From Nemertoderma westbladi (Eukaryota; Animalia; Xenacoelomorpha): a stretch of DNA of 64,000 bases. This document shows, piece after piece, positions 50,446-62,581 of the stretch (position 1 is its first letter; every line of letters begins with the position of its first letter). The stretch spans positions 1-64,000 of the forward strand of contig JAUCBJ010007234.1 in NCBI GenBank assembly GCA_032718475.1. The letters run 5' to 3'. The notes below the pieces were generated by a model, which was given only the letters and a program-made list of their open reading frames with translations, was not told where the DNA came from and did not search any database. Position numbers and translations under genes: made by a program.

Positions 50446-51531
50446 CCCTCCCCCGGTAACGTGGGGTAAAATAATACCCCAAGGGGATTACTTTTGATAT
50501 TTTTCGACAATCTCTCATATTATGTATGTCCAACTTCATAGTATCTTCCAAAAAACTTGTAATCTAATGATTGTGTGGGTCAAACCCATAAAATTTTGTT
50601 TATGAAAAATGTTATGGGCCCTTAATTTGAAAACAACTTAGTTAGGTAAGATGGGGTATAAAAATACCCCATAACGTTATGGTGCTCGTTTAGTGGTGCT
50701 TTGTGACTCATTTTGGTTTCATTGGTACCACAATGGTCGATTTAGTTGTACTAGACAGCTAGAGGCATGTTTTAACTTTGTCCTTTAAGACCAAATTATC
50801 AGTATTATGAAGCTACTGTATTGTGTATGGCCTGTATTTCACAAGCCAAGACTTCGGCCTAATCGCGATGCGATAGATTGCTAAGTATATGTGAATAATT
50901 CTTATTGTGTAGGCTTTCTTAGCGGTGTTCTGGCCTTTTGGGTCTCATTTTGGGTTCATTGAAACTGCAATGTATAATTTAGTTGGACAATAATCACATT
51001 TTATAACCAAATCATCAGTACTTTTGCAGTCATGGTGTATATTTCATATTACAATTCAAGATATTGTGCTATTGCAGTATTGCGAGGTGATATATCTGTA
51101 TATATATATATATATCACTTTGTTGACTTTTAGTGGTGGTATTTGACTCATTTTATGCTTATTGGAACTGCAATGGTATACTTCAAGGTGTACTTGACCC
51201 CTAACACCACTAAAAAACCTAAAATGAGAAACACTCTCACAGCTAATGCTTCGCTATGATAGTATCTTGTTGCAAAACGCCCCATCGCGACGTTAATGAT
51301 GATCGCGATTGGAGTGGGATAACTTTTGTGCCCGCCATTGAGCGTTGGGTAGACTTCAACTAAATTGAAAAAAAAAATTCACAACTTATTTTTTCACCAT
51401 TTGGCAAATTCTGGGAGGGGGATTGCAGGTGTTTTTCTGTTTAATGTAACTTAAAATGTCTTATCAATTTGGGGTATAAAAATACCCCATGTTACCGTTG
51501 AAGGATAATTTTTTACCTTACCGGGGGAGGG
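50446..51531. mobile_element. piggyBac-like non-autonomous element
   Basis: TTAA|CCCTCCCCCGGTAA ... TTACCGGGGGAGGG|TTAA, with internal GGGGTATAAAAATACCCC palindromes. Confidence 0.9.
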
Positions 51532-51988
51532 TTAAAGAGCGCTGGACTGTCACACACAGAAGAACAACTTGCAAGGACAACTGTCCCTGTTTTAAGTTTC
51601 AAAGGTATGCGAGACACCTTGAAGAAAATTTCAGGGAAGAGAAGTGAGGTTTCATCAGGATTAGGTGAGTTGGATATAAAGCAGGAAGCTTTAGTGTGTT
51701 CGGATGAAATAGGTGAAGATGAGGTATATTTTACTGATAGAGGATTTAAAGGTTACCAGCGTGGAGGAGGAGTTGGTAGGTTTAATTATCGAAGGCCGAA
51801 TCAGTATTCCCGTGGTCAATATAGTGGACATAGTGATCAGTTTGGTCGATGTCAGTTTTCAGATCAGCTTGGCAGAGGTCGGGGTTCTTCATATCAGTTT
51901 GACCGAGGACAAAGTCGGGGTTCTGGTGCAGTAAGAAATCCCCTGGATCGATATGGTAATATAACTAAATGTTTAAGGTGTGGGAGTA

Positions 51989-53185
51989 TGTTCGCGCTTT
52001 CAGACCTTTGGCAGTTTAACCCACCAAATTAAGATGTCTTCTAGATATTAAATCGGTTTTTAGTCTATGACAAGTATTTGATTCACTACACTAGTCGAAA
52101 CCAATCTGTGCGCGATCATTCACCCGCTGGATATTATTCCCAGGAGATTGGGTTCGACGGTTTAATTTTATTGCTATGTAAGCCTAATGTATTATTCGAC
52201 TGACAGTACTATATAATCTCTGACAATATTATTCACCTTCGGTAATATTAACAGTTCCTTTAGGACGTGGCGCTTTATCTATATAAACAGAGTTATGACT
52301 TAAACTACTCACAACGATCTGGCTTAATTATAATTCACATATATGGCGCATTCTTTAGGAATTGCTTCTTTAACAGACTCACTCATACACAATGCTGCAC
52401 AATACTGCACACTAATCTGCCAATCTTCACTGATTTTAGTCACATATAAAAGGAACACAGACTGACTCATGTAGGGTTTATCAAATAACATTAGATTCAC
52501 TTCAAACCACTTTAACATAAGTCACAATCGTTTATCTGTAACCCTTCTCTCTTACCTTTGGTATATCAAGAATATTGGGTTTCGGGGTTATTTATCGTTA
52601 TTCCAAATATAATAATTCATCAACCATATTATGAAGAACTGACGGTAAATAGCAGTATAAAACAACAATGAAAACACTGATTGTTATGAGTTTGCAATGT
52701 TTCAGCAGTCAGTATGTATGATCAGTTAGCAGTTAAAGGATATATGTCCTTGTAATTAAACCTACTAGTGTAAGACTAAAAACTGAAACACGGAGGTGCC
52801 AAAAGCCGGTTCTTAGGCTCTGAGCAAAAACATAACACTGAACTACTGAGTTTCTGTATATACCTCCAACACAGAGATAACAAACGCTCTGATTGGTCAA
52901 CCTGAACAACGAGAGAACAGAGAAACAAAGAAACGTCGACGTGGCAATATCAGCTGCTAGCCGTCGTCATGGTAGCGACACTGTTTTCAAGAGTATCGAG
53001 CTTTTACGTCACGGAATTACGGATTATGTCCTCTAAAGTACAAATACAGAAGAAATAGCTTTTATGTCCGCTAAAACACCAGTACAGCAAGGACACGGCC
53101 CTTTTATGCCTGGTAAACCAACTACAGAGTATTTTACGGGAAAAATAAGGAAAAATAACCGGACAATTCAGCAAAAGCTTTTACA
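51989..53185 (-). repeat. 3' LTR of the BEL element
   Basis: Direct repeat of 62582-63786. Confidence 0.95.
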
Positions 53186-56100
53186 CCGCTCCCAGAAAAT
53201 GGGATTTTCAGTCTATAAAATATAAAAATCACAGTTTCTAAAACATAAAGATACTCTAAACAGTTAGTCTTTCTTGCGCGGACGGCGTTTACGCAGTTTT
53301 TTAAAGCTAGCAAGAGTCATTTTCTCTTTGGGGGAAGCCACTTTACTAGGAGGGCCATAACTCCTGGGTGAAGGGTGCAATATGATTGCATTAAAAGGTT
53401 TGGGTTTACGGTCGGTGTCTCGTCCATTTCGATATGCTTCTCCTCGAGCTGATTTTCCTCCGCTTGTCATGGGATACGTTCGTCCAAAACTCTCGCAGAG
53501 AATAGGGTTTTCTAAGCTTGATATCTTCTTTGAGATTCGAGGTTTCCCAATCGAACTGAGATAAGGCCAATTTGTTTATCGATTGGACTTACTGTTGTAA
53601 CTTACGTTTATCTGAACAAACGCAGGTTTCTTTTTGATCTTTATAGAATAGCGTTTAACTCGTTTCGTACAACGCTCTCCTTCACTTTGATGAAGGGTTG
53701 TATCGCGTTAAACGGGACGACCATACGGTTGGATAATGATATTAGGTGTCTGCGTCATAATCCAGCTAGGTAAGATGGGCGGCTAGCTAGAAATCACTGT
53801 CGGAGTGTTACCGATTAATTGTTAGGGTAGCACTAGATCTTTGAACAGTGAATACAGTCCGCGAGGATCCGCGACACCACCAGGATCGCAGGTCTGAGGT
53901 CCAACTAAGGAATGAGGAGGTTTGACCGAGTATTCCGGGACTCTGATCGTAGGTTTACTCCAGGATCGTTCGAGCCGAGTGAGCATAGGTGATACGTCAA
54001 CAAGTTTCGGTTTACATGGATGTTTATGTCTTTCCGTTTATTATTTGGGTCTAGGGCGTTTATCGTAATAATACCAAAGACGCACGTCTGGTAGGGTAAA
54101 CGCGGGTGACATTTATTTGTTGTTACAATGCTTCTATCAAGAATTCCAAATATACTTTGGAGTTACCGCGTCCATTTGTTTCTTTAGTGTCTTTTCTTTC
54201 GAGCCGATTTCGAATAGAATTTTCGCATTCGAATTTCAGTTTATGGTTCCGACTCCGCTGGGCAGGATATATAGTCGACATAGTCCGTATTGTGTAAATC
54301 GATAGGATGACCAGTAGTTAAGAAGACCATATACGTACCATTACGCTGCGTATATCGAGCAGCGAATTTTCTATAGTCCAACTCGCGCGCGGGCTGCTCT
54401 TGGGACATTGGCGGTTCGATATAACGACCATAGTCCTCCGCAGCAGTTGGACTAACGTCGCCGCGTATTAAGCTATCAACAAACGCTTGCAAAAATAGAG
54501 TATATCGCTCCCCGATACCAAGACCATCTTCTATCAACTCCGTCATATCTGCTATATATGAGTTTATCCATATTATAATGAGTTTATATTTAGGCGAGCG
54601 GGCGTCGCTGCCTACCCCAATCAACCCCGGACAGTACGAGATCCTCAGCGCCGATGTGTCGTCGCCGCTGTACTTTCGCCAACGACGTAGCCGCACAACG
54701 ACAACGACAACCGACACAAGTCACTCGACTGTCCGTCCCAAAGACTTAGATGTACTTCAGGTTTTCCTTGGAGAGTTAGGTTACTTTTACGATTGCGACT
54801 AGCTACTGTAAACACACCTTAGCAGTAACATTCACCTATAAACTCACAAATACCACACACACAACTTGTCACAAATTACACACATTCGGGCCATTTGTCC
54901 GTTAGTCAATGCCTTCCAGAATGTCACTGTATTATTATGTATCCTTGGATACTAGTGCACTATTTATTCCCTATGCTATTCAATGGGACAAGCTTTCTAT
55001 TGTTCTTTTAACTCAATTCTAATTCTAGCGTGGTTGTTGCTATGGTGACATTATGCAAAGCTAGCGGTAGAATTAGAGCAATTCCAATGCATACAGATCT
55101 GGGATGTTATTTAATAGTATTCTTTAATAGTCAATGTTCTGTTTTATACATGACTTTATGAATTTTATCGGCTATTGACTATGTTTGGGAGACTTTCGCA
55201 CACTCATACACATAATAAGATAAATCTCCGCTCCCTTGATCTATTAATTAATGGAATTTTGGGAATGTTATAAATTGCGTAAAAATGGCAATTTATTAAA
55301 TTCATTAAAAGGCATGAATTTAAATTTATTCCCTGAAATTTTATTATTTGATAATTAAATTGACATATTTTGATTCTAGAATATGTCTGGGGACACAAGA
55401 TCCTTAATTCTATGACAATTGTCTTTTTAAGAATATCGGTAAATGCTACGATATCTTAATTGACTAGAATTGCTGAAGGATCTGAATTTTACAGATTTTG
55501 ATTTATTAGATTTGCAAATATTAAATAATTAATATTTGAGATGGGCACCGATTTATTCCAGAACTTGTCTGGGGACGTTAACCACTGATTCTAGAATTTG
55601 TCTTTCAAGTATATCGGTGGGTGCCGCGATATCTTAATCGACTAGAATTACAGATGGTCAAAGGGTTTAACAGATTTATTTTGCGTTATACGCTACTGTT
55701 AAAGGGACATCACGCTACTATATGTATTATTTAATATACGGTATGAGAGCAATATCGCACGAAGCAATGTCAGTGTGAAGAGGCAAGTCGTTTCCAAGGT
55801 CTACCCAGAGCTTGATTTAGCCGAGACACGAGGATCTGAACTTTGCATTCCTAATACTCTGCCTACCAATAATACTTAAATATAGTAGTGGCTTTATTGT
55901 ACTTTAATAAGTACGGACATTTCATCTTACTGTAGTTACGTATTTATAATAGAATACGAGCAGTAAGGAAAGAGAAAAATAATTATTTCTCGCCGTCGCA
56001 CTAAATATAATATAAGTAATTACGTACGCAATAAACACGAATATATTGCACTATTCTACTAAATAATCGCTAAATAATATTCTACTGAATAAAATTAAAG

Positions 56101-56198
56101 AAAACGATTATAATAAAATTACATAGTAATACATACAGAAATATAAAAATAATAAAATAATATAAAATAATAGAGTCACACACCCACTCCATATGTTG

Positions 56199-57323
56199 TT
56201 ACGTTATGGAGTCCCTAGATGTTTGAAGGATTAGGGAGGTGGTCGTGGGAAGAGAATCTTGCCTTCCACAGTTTCCGGAGAGTCCTCCATTCCCTTCCGA
56301 TAAACACAAACGACCGACTGGGTGATTGAGTCGCTGCATCCTGAATACAATTCCAGGTTTCCTCTTCGTCCTGGAATAGTGACGATAGAAACATCGCTCA
56401 AAGTATATGACGGCGTCACAAAGCCGATTCCAGGAGCTATAGTGGTCCGTCGCTCTCTGTAGGAGAGGTGAGAGTCCCTGCGAGACGTCTGATGTTCCAG
56501 AGCTCCAATCGCTCTCTCTGATCTTCATGAAGGATCCACTCGCGGAGGGGAGGCCCAGATCCACGGCGTCGTCCCTGGCAACATGTAATACCGACAGATC
56601 TATCCCGGGTTCAAATAACTCCGATCCACCCGTCCGGGTTTCAGGTTCGACTTTCTCCGCTCCCTTGGCTGGTCTAATCTCAGTCGGAGTAAGATGGGGA
56701 GGCCATTCATTCTCCTTACTCAGGAAGTCGGGTTCACCTAACCGATCTATAGTATCTGTTAGTTCTTGAGGAGTTGCTCCTCTGGAAGCGATGTCCGTTG
56801 GATTAAACTTCTTGGGGCAATATCTCCATTGATCTACATTGGAGCTAAGATTGTCATTATCTGAGGAGTGTGGTGTTCCCTCAGTTGGGTCGTCTCCCTC
56901 ACTAGTATCGTCTTCCCATTCACTCACCTGGCAGACGCGATCTTGAAGCAGTCTTTCCCTGAGCGTTCTACGGGAAGGTCCAGTAAGGTACCAACCTACT
57001 CTAGTTCTTACCGCATAGGTCTGTAGTGGCTGCGGTTGAGCAGGCCGTTTCTCTAATGTCTCCAGCGCCTCATGCGCGTTTTGGCCGATGAGTATTTGCA
57101 CTCCAGGATAATCAGTCTGGAATCGAGGTATGCTAAGATGTTGGATGCTCTCATCCTCGTCCCAATTATAAAGGTCTGCTTGAGTAGTAGCGAAGTTCTT
57201 TATAGCCACCATTTTCACTGACCTTATGCTATGTTCTCCTAGTTCGTCCTGGGGGGTGGACAACTCACCTATATAATAGTCGGCAGCCACAGCAGATTTC
57301 CAAACCTGCATGATCCCTGACAT
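56199..57323 (-). pseudogene. BEL pol remnant lacking RT, RNase H and integrase cores
   Basis: ILIGQN..RTRVGWYLTGP (post-protease) is followed within ~50 aa by WRYCPKKFNPTDIASRG (post-RNase H motif) and later YSSWNRL. Confidence 0.75.
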
Positions 57324-60300
57324 GTTTAGCTTGGTTCGGAACTTGGGTTGTCCAGCAAAGATGTGCTAGTTCTTTATCGATGAATGTTCCTGTGCTACCG
57401 GAGTCCAGGAGGGCGTTCACTATATAGCTCTTCTGAGGTCCGTGGACCTGTAACTGGACTACAGGAAATTCTCGGATTCCTATATTGGAAGTTGGAGCTT
57501 TCCAAGATGGTTGTTGATCGGAAGTAGTTAAGGTAAGGTCGCTGTCTGTGTCTTTCTCATACACAAGTGCTCGATACACTGCGGTGGTGTTTATTAGGTA
57601 ACAGGATTCGTTTTGGTCGGAGAACTCGTCCGTATAGAATCCTTCCATCTCAGATTGATCAGTGTCGTTCACATCACTGAATTGGACATGTAGTTCGGAC
57701 TCACTTACCTGACTCGGGCTGTTTCGTTCGAATTCCGTGTGCAACAAGATATGATGTTTTGCGCCGCACTTTGCACACCTTGCGTCGGAGTTACAGGTTC
57801 GCCGTTGGTGTCCTCGTCTGAGGCAATTATAACACAACCGCTTATCCCACATGACTTCACGTCTATCCTTTAGTGATTTCCTCAGGAATTTATCACACGC
57901 ATTTAAACGGTGGGGCCCGTCGCACAGCACACATTTCGGCTTGATGTTACTTACTTTAACCTGTGCTATGTGGTGCACACTTGTTCTTTCCTCGGGCTTT
58001 CTCACCTGAATTCTTTTAGGAGACGTAGGAAGGGTTTTTTGTACCGGTTCCCTTCTGTCATTGGGTCGAGACTCGGATTTACTTACCTGATCTTTAGGCA
58101 TTTTATTGACATAATAAGATCTGTCAGTGTCTTTCCCGCTGTCCTCTCCTTGAGAAGTTTGGCTTTCACCGTCGTCGGTATAACATACTGGTGTTACCCT
58201 TCTCCTAGAAACGGGTTTCTCACTTACCTTGTTTTCCAATGTCTTCTCTCTGGACTGCCTTAGGAGCTGTAATTTCACTTCTCCATCTAAGAATGACATG
58301 AGATCAGCCATGGTAGGGTCTCGTCGTCGTTGTTCCATCATATATAACACTTTCTTATCCCAGCGTGTACCTACTCCACCCTTCGGTAAAGCAGAAGCCA
58401 CTGCTCTAATAACCATAGCACTCTGATACTCATGAGACTTACCTAGCCAATCTAATTGTCTGCAGATCTCCTGAATTTCATCGGAAAACTCTATAATCCC
58501 GCTGCTAATAAACTTTCGGGGCGCTACCAACTTTGCATACAAATACCCAGCTATGTTATTCCTATTACCATACCTGATGTTTAGTGTATCCCAAACTTGT
58601 CTTAATCCGTCTGGATGTCCAATAAACCTTAACGCCATTAACTTGGGAGATCCTTCCAAGCACTCGATGAGGTATCTAAGTTTTTCTCCATTAGATAGTA
58701 CAGAGTTCTGTATATTATCTTTGTAATATTCATTAAAAGGTAACCATTTCATCTCATCTCCATTGAACTTAACGATCTCTCCCACCTTTACCGCTTGCCG
58801 GGCTTCGGTTCTAGCCATTTGACGCGTAAAACTTTCTTGAACCATCGTGTTATTTAATATCGAGTTATCGGTATATAAATTTCTCGGATTATGATCAGTT
58901 CTATAGGGAATGTCATTATCAACAGGTCTATAATTACCCTTAATAGGGTTCACTATAGGAGTTTCTACTTCGCTAGCAGTATATATGCGTGTAGGCTCCA
59001 CACCTTGCGCATGCGATACTTCAGACCTAACAGGTTGACACATTGTTACAGAGGGTGGTGGTATACCCCTTTGAGTATTTACTAATTTATCGCGTTCGAG
59101 CGCGATACTTTGCTGCACTTCTTGCAACTCTAGTCTACTTTCCCTTACTGTGCCCTTGAACTGCTGGACAGTCTCCTGCATCTGTCCGAGCAGGATATCC
59201 ATCCCCCGTCGTCTCTCGTCCACCCATTCGACCGCCAAAGCGGGAGTCGCCAACGTTGTAGCGGGCGGACGAGGGACAACGGGCGACAAATCTGGAATAT
59301 TTCGCTCGGAGTCCAGGGTATGCACTGTCTCATGGACTGTTCTGTTGGGCACAGGTAGCTTAGTGCTGTGCAAAGGGAATTGAGAAGTAGGTTCAGGGAG
59401 TACAGGTGTCTCTACGACCGAAAGGGTAGCTTCGGGAACAGGCCTAATTATTTCAGGCTCATCTACTATAGTAGGGAGTCTCTCTATTGTAATTATTTGG
59501 TCTGTGGGTTCTGTACTACCTACTTTGGTGTTATTTAGTTGCCTTCTAACAGCTGGAGGCAAATCAGGCAATTTCTGCCGGTGGAATGTTCTTTTACGTC
59601 TGCTTAGGCGAGATCGATTTCTTCCGCCTTCAGTGTCGGTGGTATCGCCTTCCTCAGATGATGTATATCCCTGTCTTTTGGGATTAGATCGATTCATCAT
59701 CTGCATATTACTAGCTGTTAACTGTTTATTTATGCAGTCTTGATTCTCCTGAATGTTTTCCAATTCTAATTGGGTGGTTTCTTCAGCCGCTTTCCGTTCT
59801 GCTTCTGCCACTTTTGCCTCTGCCGCTGCCTCTGCCTCTGCCGCTGCCTCTGCCGCTTTTGCCTCTGCCGCTGCCTCTGCCGCTTTTGCCTCTGCCGCTG
59901 CCTCTGCCGCTTTTGCCTTGGCCGCTGCCTCTGCCGCTTTTGCCTTGGCCGCTACCTCTGCCGCTTTTGCGTTGGCCGCTACCTCTGCCGCCTTTGCCTT
60001 GGCCGCTGCCGCCTTTCTTTCTGCTTCTGCAGCTACCACTGCTGCTTTCTTTCTGTCTTCTATGCGTTTTTTCTTTACTTGCTCTTCTTGGACTCGTGTC
60101 AGGCGGAGTTGTTCATCAAATTTGGCCTGATTCGCAGCCCTCATTTCCACATCGATGGCATCCAACACAAGCTTGGTTCCTTCACTATTAGGGCTAAGTC
60201 CCTCTAACCTTCTCCTCAACTCGTCATCACCTAAAAAACGTTGATAGTCTGACAGATAGATGTCAATGGCATCCCTCTTATGCGGTTTCTCTGCTGTCAC

Positions 60301-60357
60301 TTCGCTCTCGGTTGTATCTAGTAGACTGTCTGACAGGTTCTGCTTTGCGTCAGACAT
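57265..60357 (-). CDS. BEL/Pao Gag-protease polyprotein
   Basis: KFNGDEMKWLPF..EKLRYL (DUF1759-like), triple BEL Zn knuckle (CVLCDGPH..C, CYNCLRRGH..C, CAKCGAKHHILLH), aspartic protease ALLDSGS. Frameshift near 57340. Confidence 0.9.
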   Translation of the reverse strand: MSDAKQNLSDSLLDTTESEVTAEKPHKRDAIDIYLSDYQRFLGDDELRRRLEGLSPNSEGTKLVLDAIDVEMRAANQAKFDEQLRLTRVQEEQVKKKRIEDRKKAAVVAAEAERKAAAAKAKAAEVAANAKAAEVAAKAKAAEAAAKAKAAEAAAEAKAAEAAAEAKAAEAAAEAEAAAEAKVAEAERKAAEETTQLELENIQENQDCINKQLTASNMQMMNRSNPKRQGYTSSEEGDTTDTEGGRNRSRLSRRKRTFHRQKLPDLPPAVRRQLNNTKVGSTEPTDQIITIERLPTIVDEPEIIRPVPEATLSVVETPVLPEPTSQFPLHSTKLPVPNRTVHETVHTLDSERNIPDLSPVVPRPPATTLATPALAVEWVDERRRGMDILLGQMQETVQQFKGTVRESRLELQEVQQSIALERDKLVNTQRGIPPPSVTMCQPVRSEVSHAQGVEPTRIYTASEVETPIVNPIKGNYRPVDNDIPYRTDHNPRNLYTDNSILNNTMVQESFTRQMARTEARQAVKVGEIVKFNGDEMKWLPFNEYYKDNIQNSVLSNGEKLRYLIECLEGSPKLMALRFIGHPDGLRQVWDTLNIRYGNRNNIAGYLYAKLVAPRKFISSGIIEFSDEIQEICRQLDWLGKSHEYQSAMVIRAVASALPKGGVGTRWDKKVLYMMEQRRRDPTMADLMSFLDGEVKLQLLRQSREKTLENKVSEKPVSRRRVTPVCYTDDGESQTSQGEDSGKDTDRSYYVNKMPKDQVSKSESRPNDRREPVQKTLPTSPKRIQVRKPEERTSVHHIAQVKVSNIKPKCVLCDGPHRLNACDKFLRKSLKDRREVMWDKRLCYNCLRRGHQRRTCNSDARCAKCGAKHHILLHTEFERNSPSQVSESELHVQFSDVNDTDQSEMEGFYTDEFSDQNESCYLINTTAVYRALVYEKDTDSDLTLTTSDQQPSWKAPTSNIGIREFPVVQLQVHGPQKSYIVNALLDSGSTGTFIDKELAHLCWTTQVPNQAKHVRDHAGLEICCGCRLLYR

Positions 60358-61714
60358 GCTTATGTGTACAGTTGAATGTCTACTGCTGTATTACAGTCTG
60401 AGCAAGTCTAGTAACTCAGTATTAACTGCTAGCCTAGTAATTAATTACCGGTACTGCTACTCAGTGTAGCGTGATATATATATAATATATTAGAATACCG
60501 GTATGCTTATAGTATATATAACTATTATTACAGACTAGGTTTATCACAGAATACCGGTATAATTTTAGCACAAATATATATAAATATATAATAGGCCTAT
60601 CGGAATACCGGTATACAGCTTACTGTTTGTAGTATATATAATTCTAGAATAGAATTAATTACAAGTACCGGTATAATTTCAGCCTAGATTTATAGAAATA
60701 AGATAATAGGCCTATCGTAAATACCGGTATATCAATTATTTTAGAATAATTGAATTTCTGAACTTTAGGGTTACTTGGTTACTTTAACTTACTTTATTAC
60801 CGTTATTTAAGCAGTAATCCAACTGATATTGAGACCTAATGGTTTTATGGTAGGCCTACTATTTATAAATCGTTAGATTTGATTTATAATGTATTTATAC
60901 CCGTTTTAATGGGTTTAGTCAATGTTTGAAATAAATGTTATTATTTCTGGGGTAATCACTACACAAAGCGGTGCGCTTTTTAGTGAAGTGTTACGTATAG
61001 GACACTAAAACAAATAATTCTAATTTACCTAAGTTACTTAATACTACAAATTACGTACAATTCGGGTGAGATTACAATCTCTAAATAAACACAAAAATTT
61101 ACAAAAAAAAAACACAAAATACGAATTTTTAGGGTAATTTTACAAGAAGTCTACAAACCAGCCTAACAAAGGGTTAGATAACCGGTTATTACAACGGACA
61201 GGGTACTACGGTATTTGAAATAATAAGTAGTAGTAAATACACTGCGTTGTCTAGATAGGAAAATACTACCGCCTGACGACCTATAGCCGTATCGCTATAG
61301 GTTCTACATTATGTATCACGGAGTGTTCCTACCTAGAAGTTAATAGAGCTAATCGAATGTGCCTATCAACCACTTTACAACACAGATATAATGTCTACAA
61401 TAATTACTTCGGAAAGTACTGTACACTAAACCCTAAATTAGGTACGAGTACTTGTACAACAAATAATCAGTAGTTAAATATACTTGAACAGCTAAAAGAA
61501 CCACGGCATCTGCTGGAGTGACCGATGCACAAAATCACCAGTCTTTACCTACGCCGAGCAGCCCGTGTAGTACCGGGGTTAATTTAACTATAGCGGTATG
61601 TATAACAAACACAATTACTGTAGGAACAAACTTGGGGAATGAATGTTGCGGATAATCGCATAAACTCTGAATAATAAATATTACGCTACGCGTACAAACC
61701 ACTCAAACAAAATA

Positions 61715-62240
61715 CAGACCGAACACTGACAGACTACTATCAAGCCTAAACAAACTACGGTATATGCAGACTCCGAAATGATTAGGGAGTATGCGCTCTA
61801 ACCCAGTAGGGCGACTTATTCTTTAGTTGGGGGTTTACCTTACAGCGTTCGCTGCCCCTACTGCCTAACCGTACTTAATCGGACAGATGATCTACACACG
61901 CGGCAATCCGTTCAGACCTAATAATAGCCAGACAACTATCCAGCCTACAAATTATCTAAGTAAAATTATACGCTACCCGTACAGACTTACACAAACAAAG
62001 TACAGACTAAACGATGGCAGACTACTCTCAAGCCTAAATAAACTACAGGACATGCAGACTCCGAAATGATTAGGGAGTATGCGCTCTAACCCAGTAGTGC
62101 GACTTATTCTTTAGTTGGGGGTTTACCTTACAGCGTTCGCTGTCCCTACTGCCTAATCGTACTTAATCGGACAGGTGATCTACACACACTGCAATTCGTT
62201 CGGACTTAACAGCAATCAGACAACAGCTCAGCCTACAAAT
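61715..62240. repeat. ~288-bp direct repeat in the long BEL 5' leader
   Basis: CAGACTCCGAAATGATTAGGGAGTATGCGC... at 61767 and 62055. Confidence 0.85.
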
Positions 62241-62581
62241 CGTCTGTACAATCTGATCAGGCTTACACGCCTTCTGTTCAATACTGGCCTACAAATAAAT
62301 AAAACTTGACAGAAATAAGTAAAATCTCAATAAAAAATCAGGGCGGCCGTTCCCTGATTAAGTACTAAGACCTACCGGTATACAACAATCAAATCAAATA
62401 ATACTAGTGTACTTATACGGAAGTACCGGTTAGGACAGCTAGGCCTACGGAATACAGAAGTACCGGTTCTAGCGGTTGGGCCTACTGACTACTGACCTAC
62501 AGATGTACCGGTTCAGGTTTACCGGTTGACCGGTACTTTCAACTTTATTGCTTACTGCAACAAAGAAGCTATATCCTTTAA

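Noticed and set aside
59753-60207. Ala-rich, Cys/Arg-rich and Pro/Leu-rich plus-strand ORFs
   Set aside because: Antisense readings of the AEAKA repeat in BEL gag.
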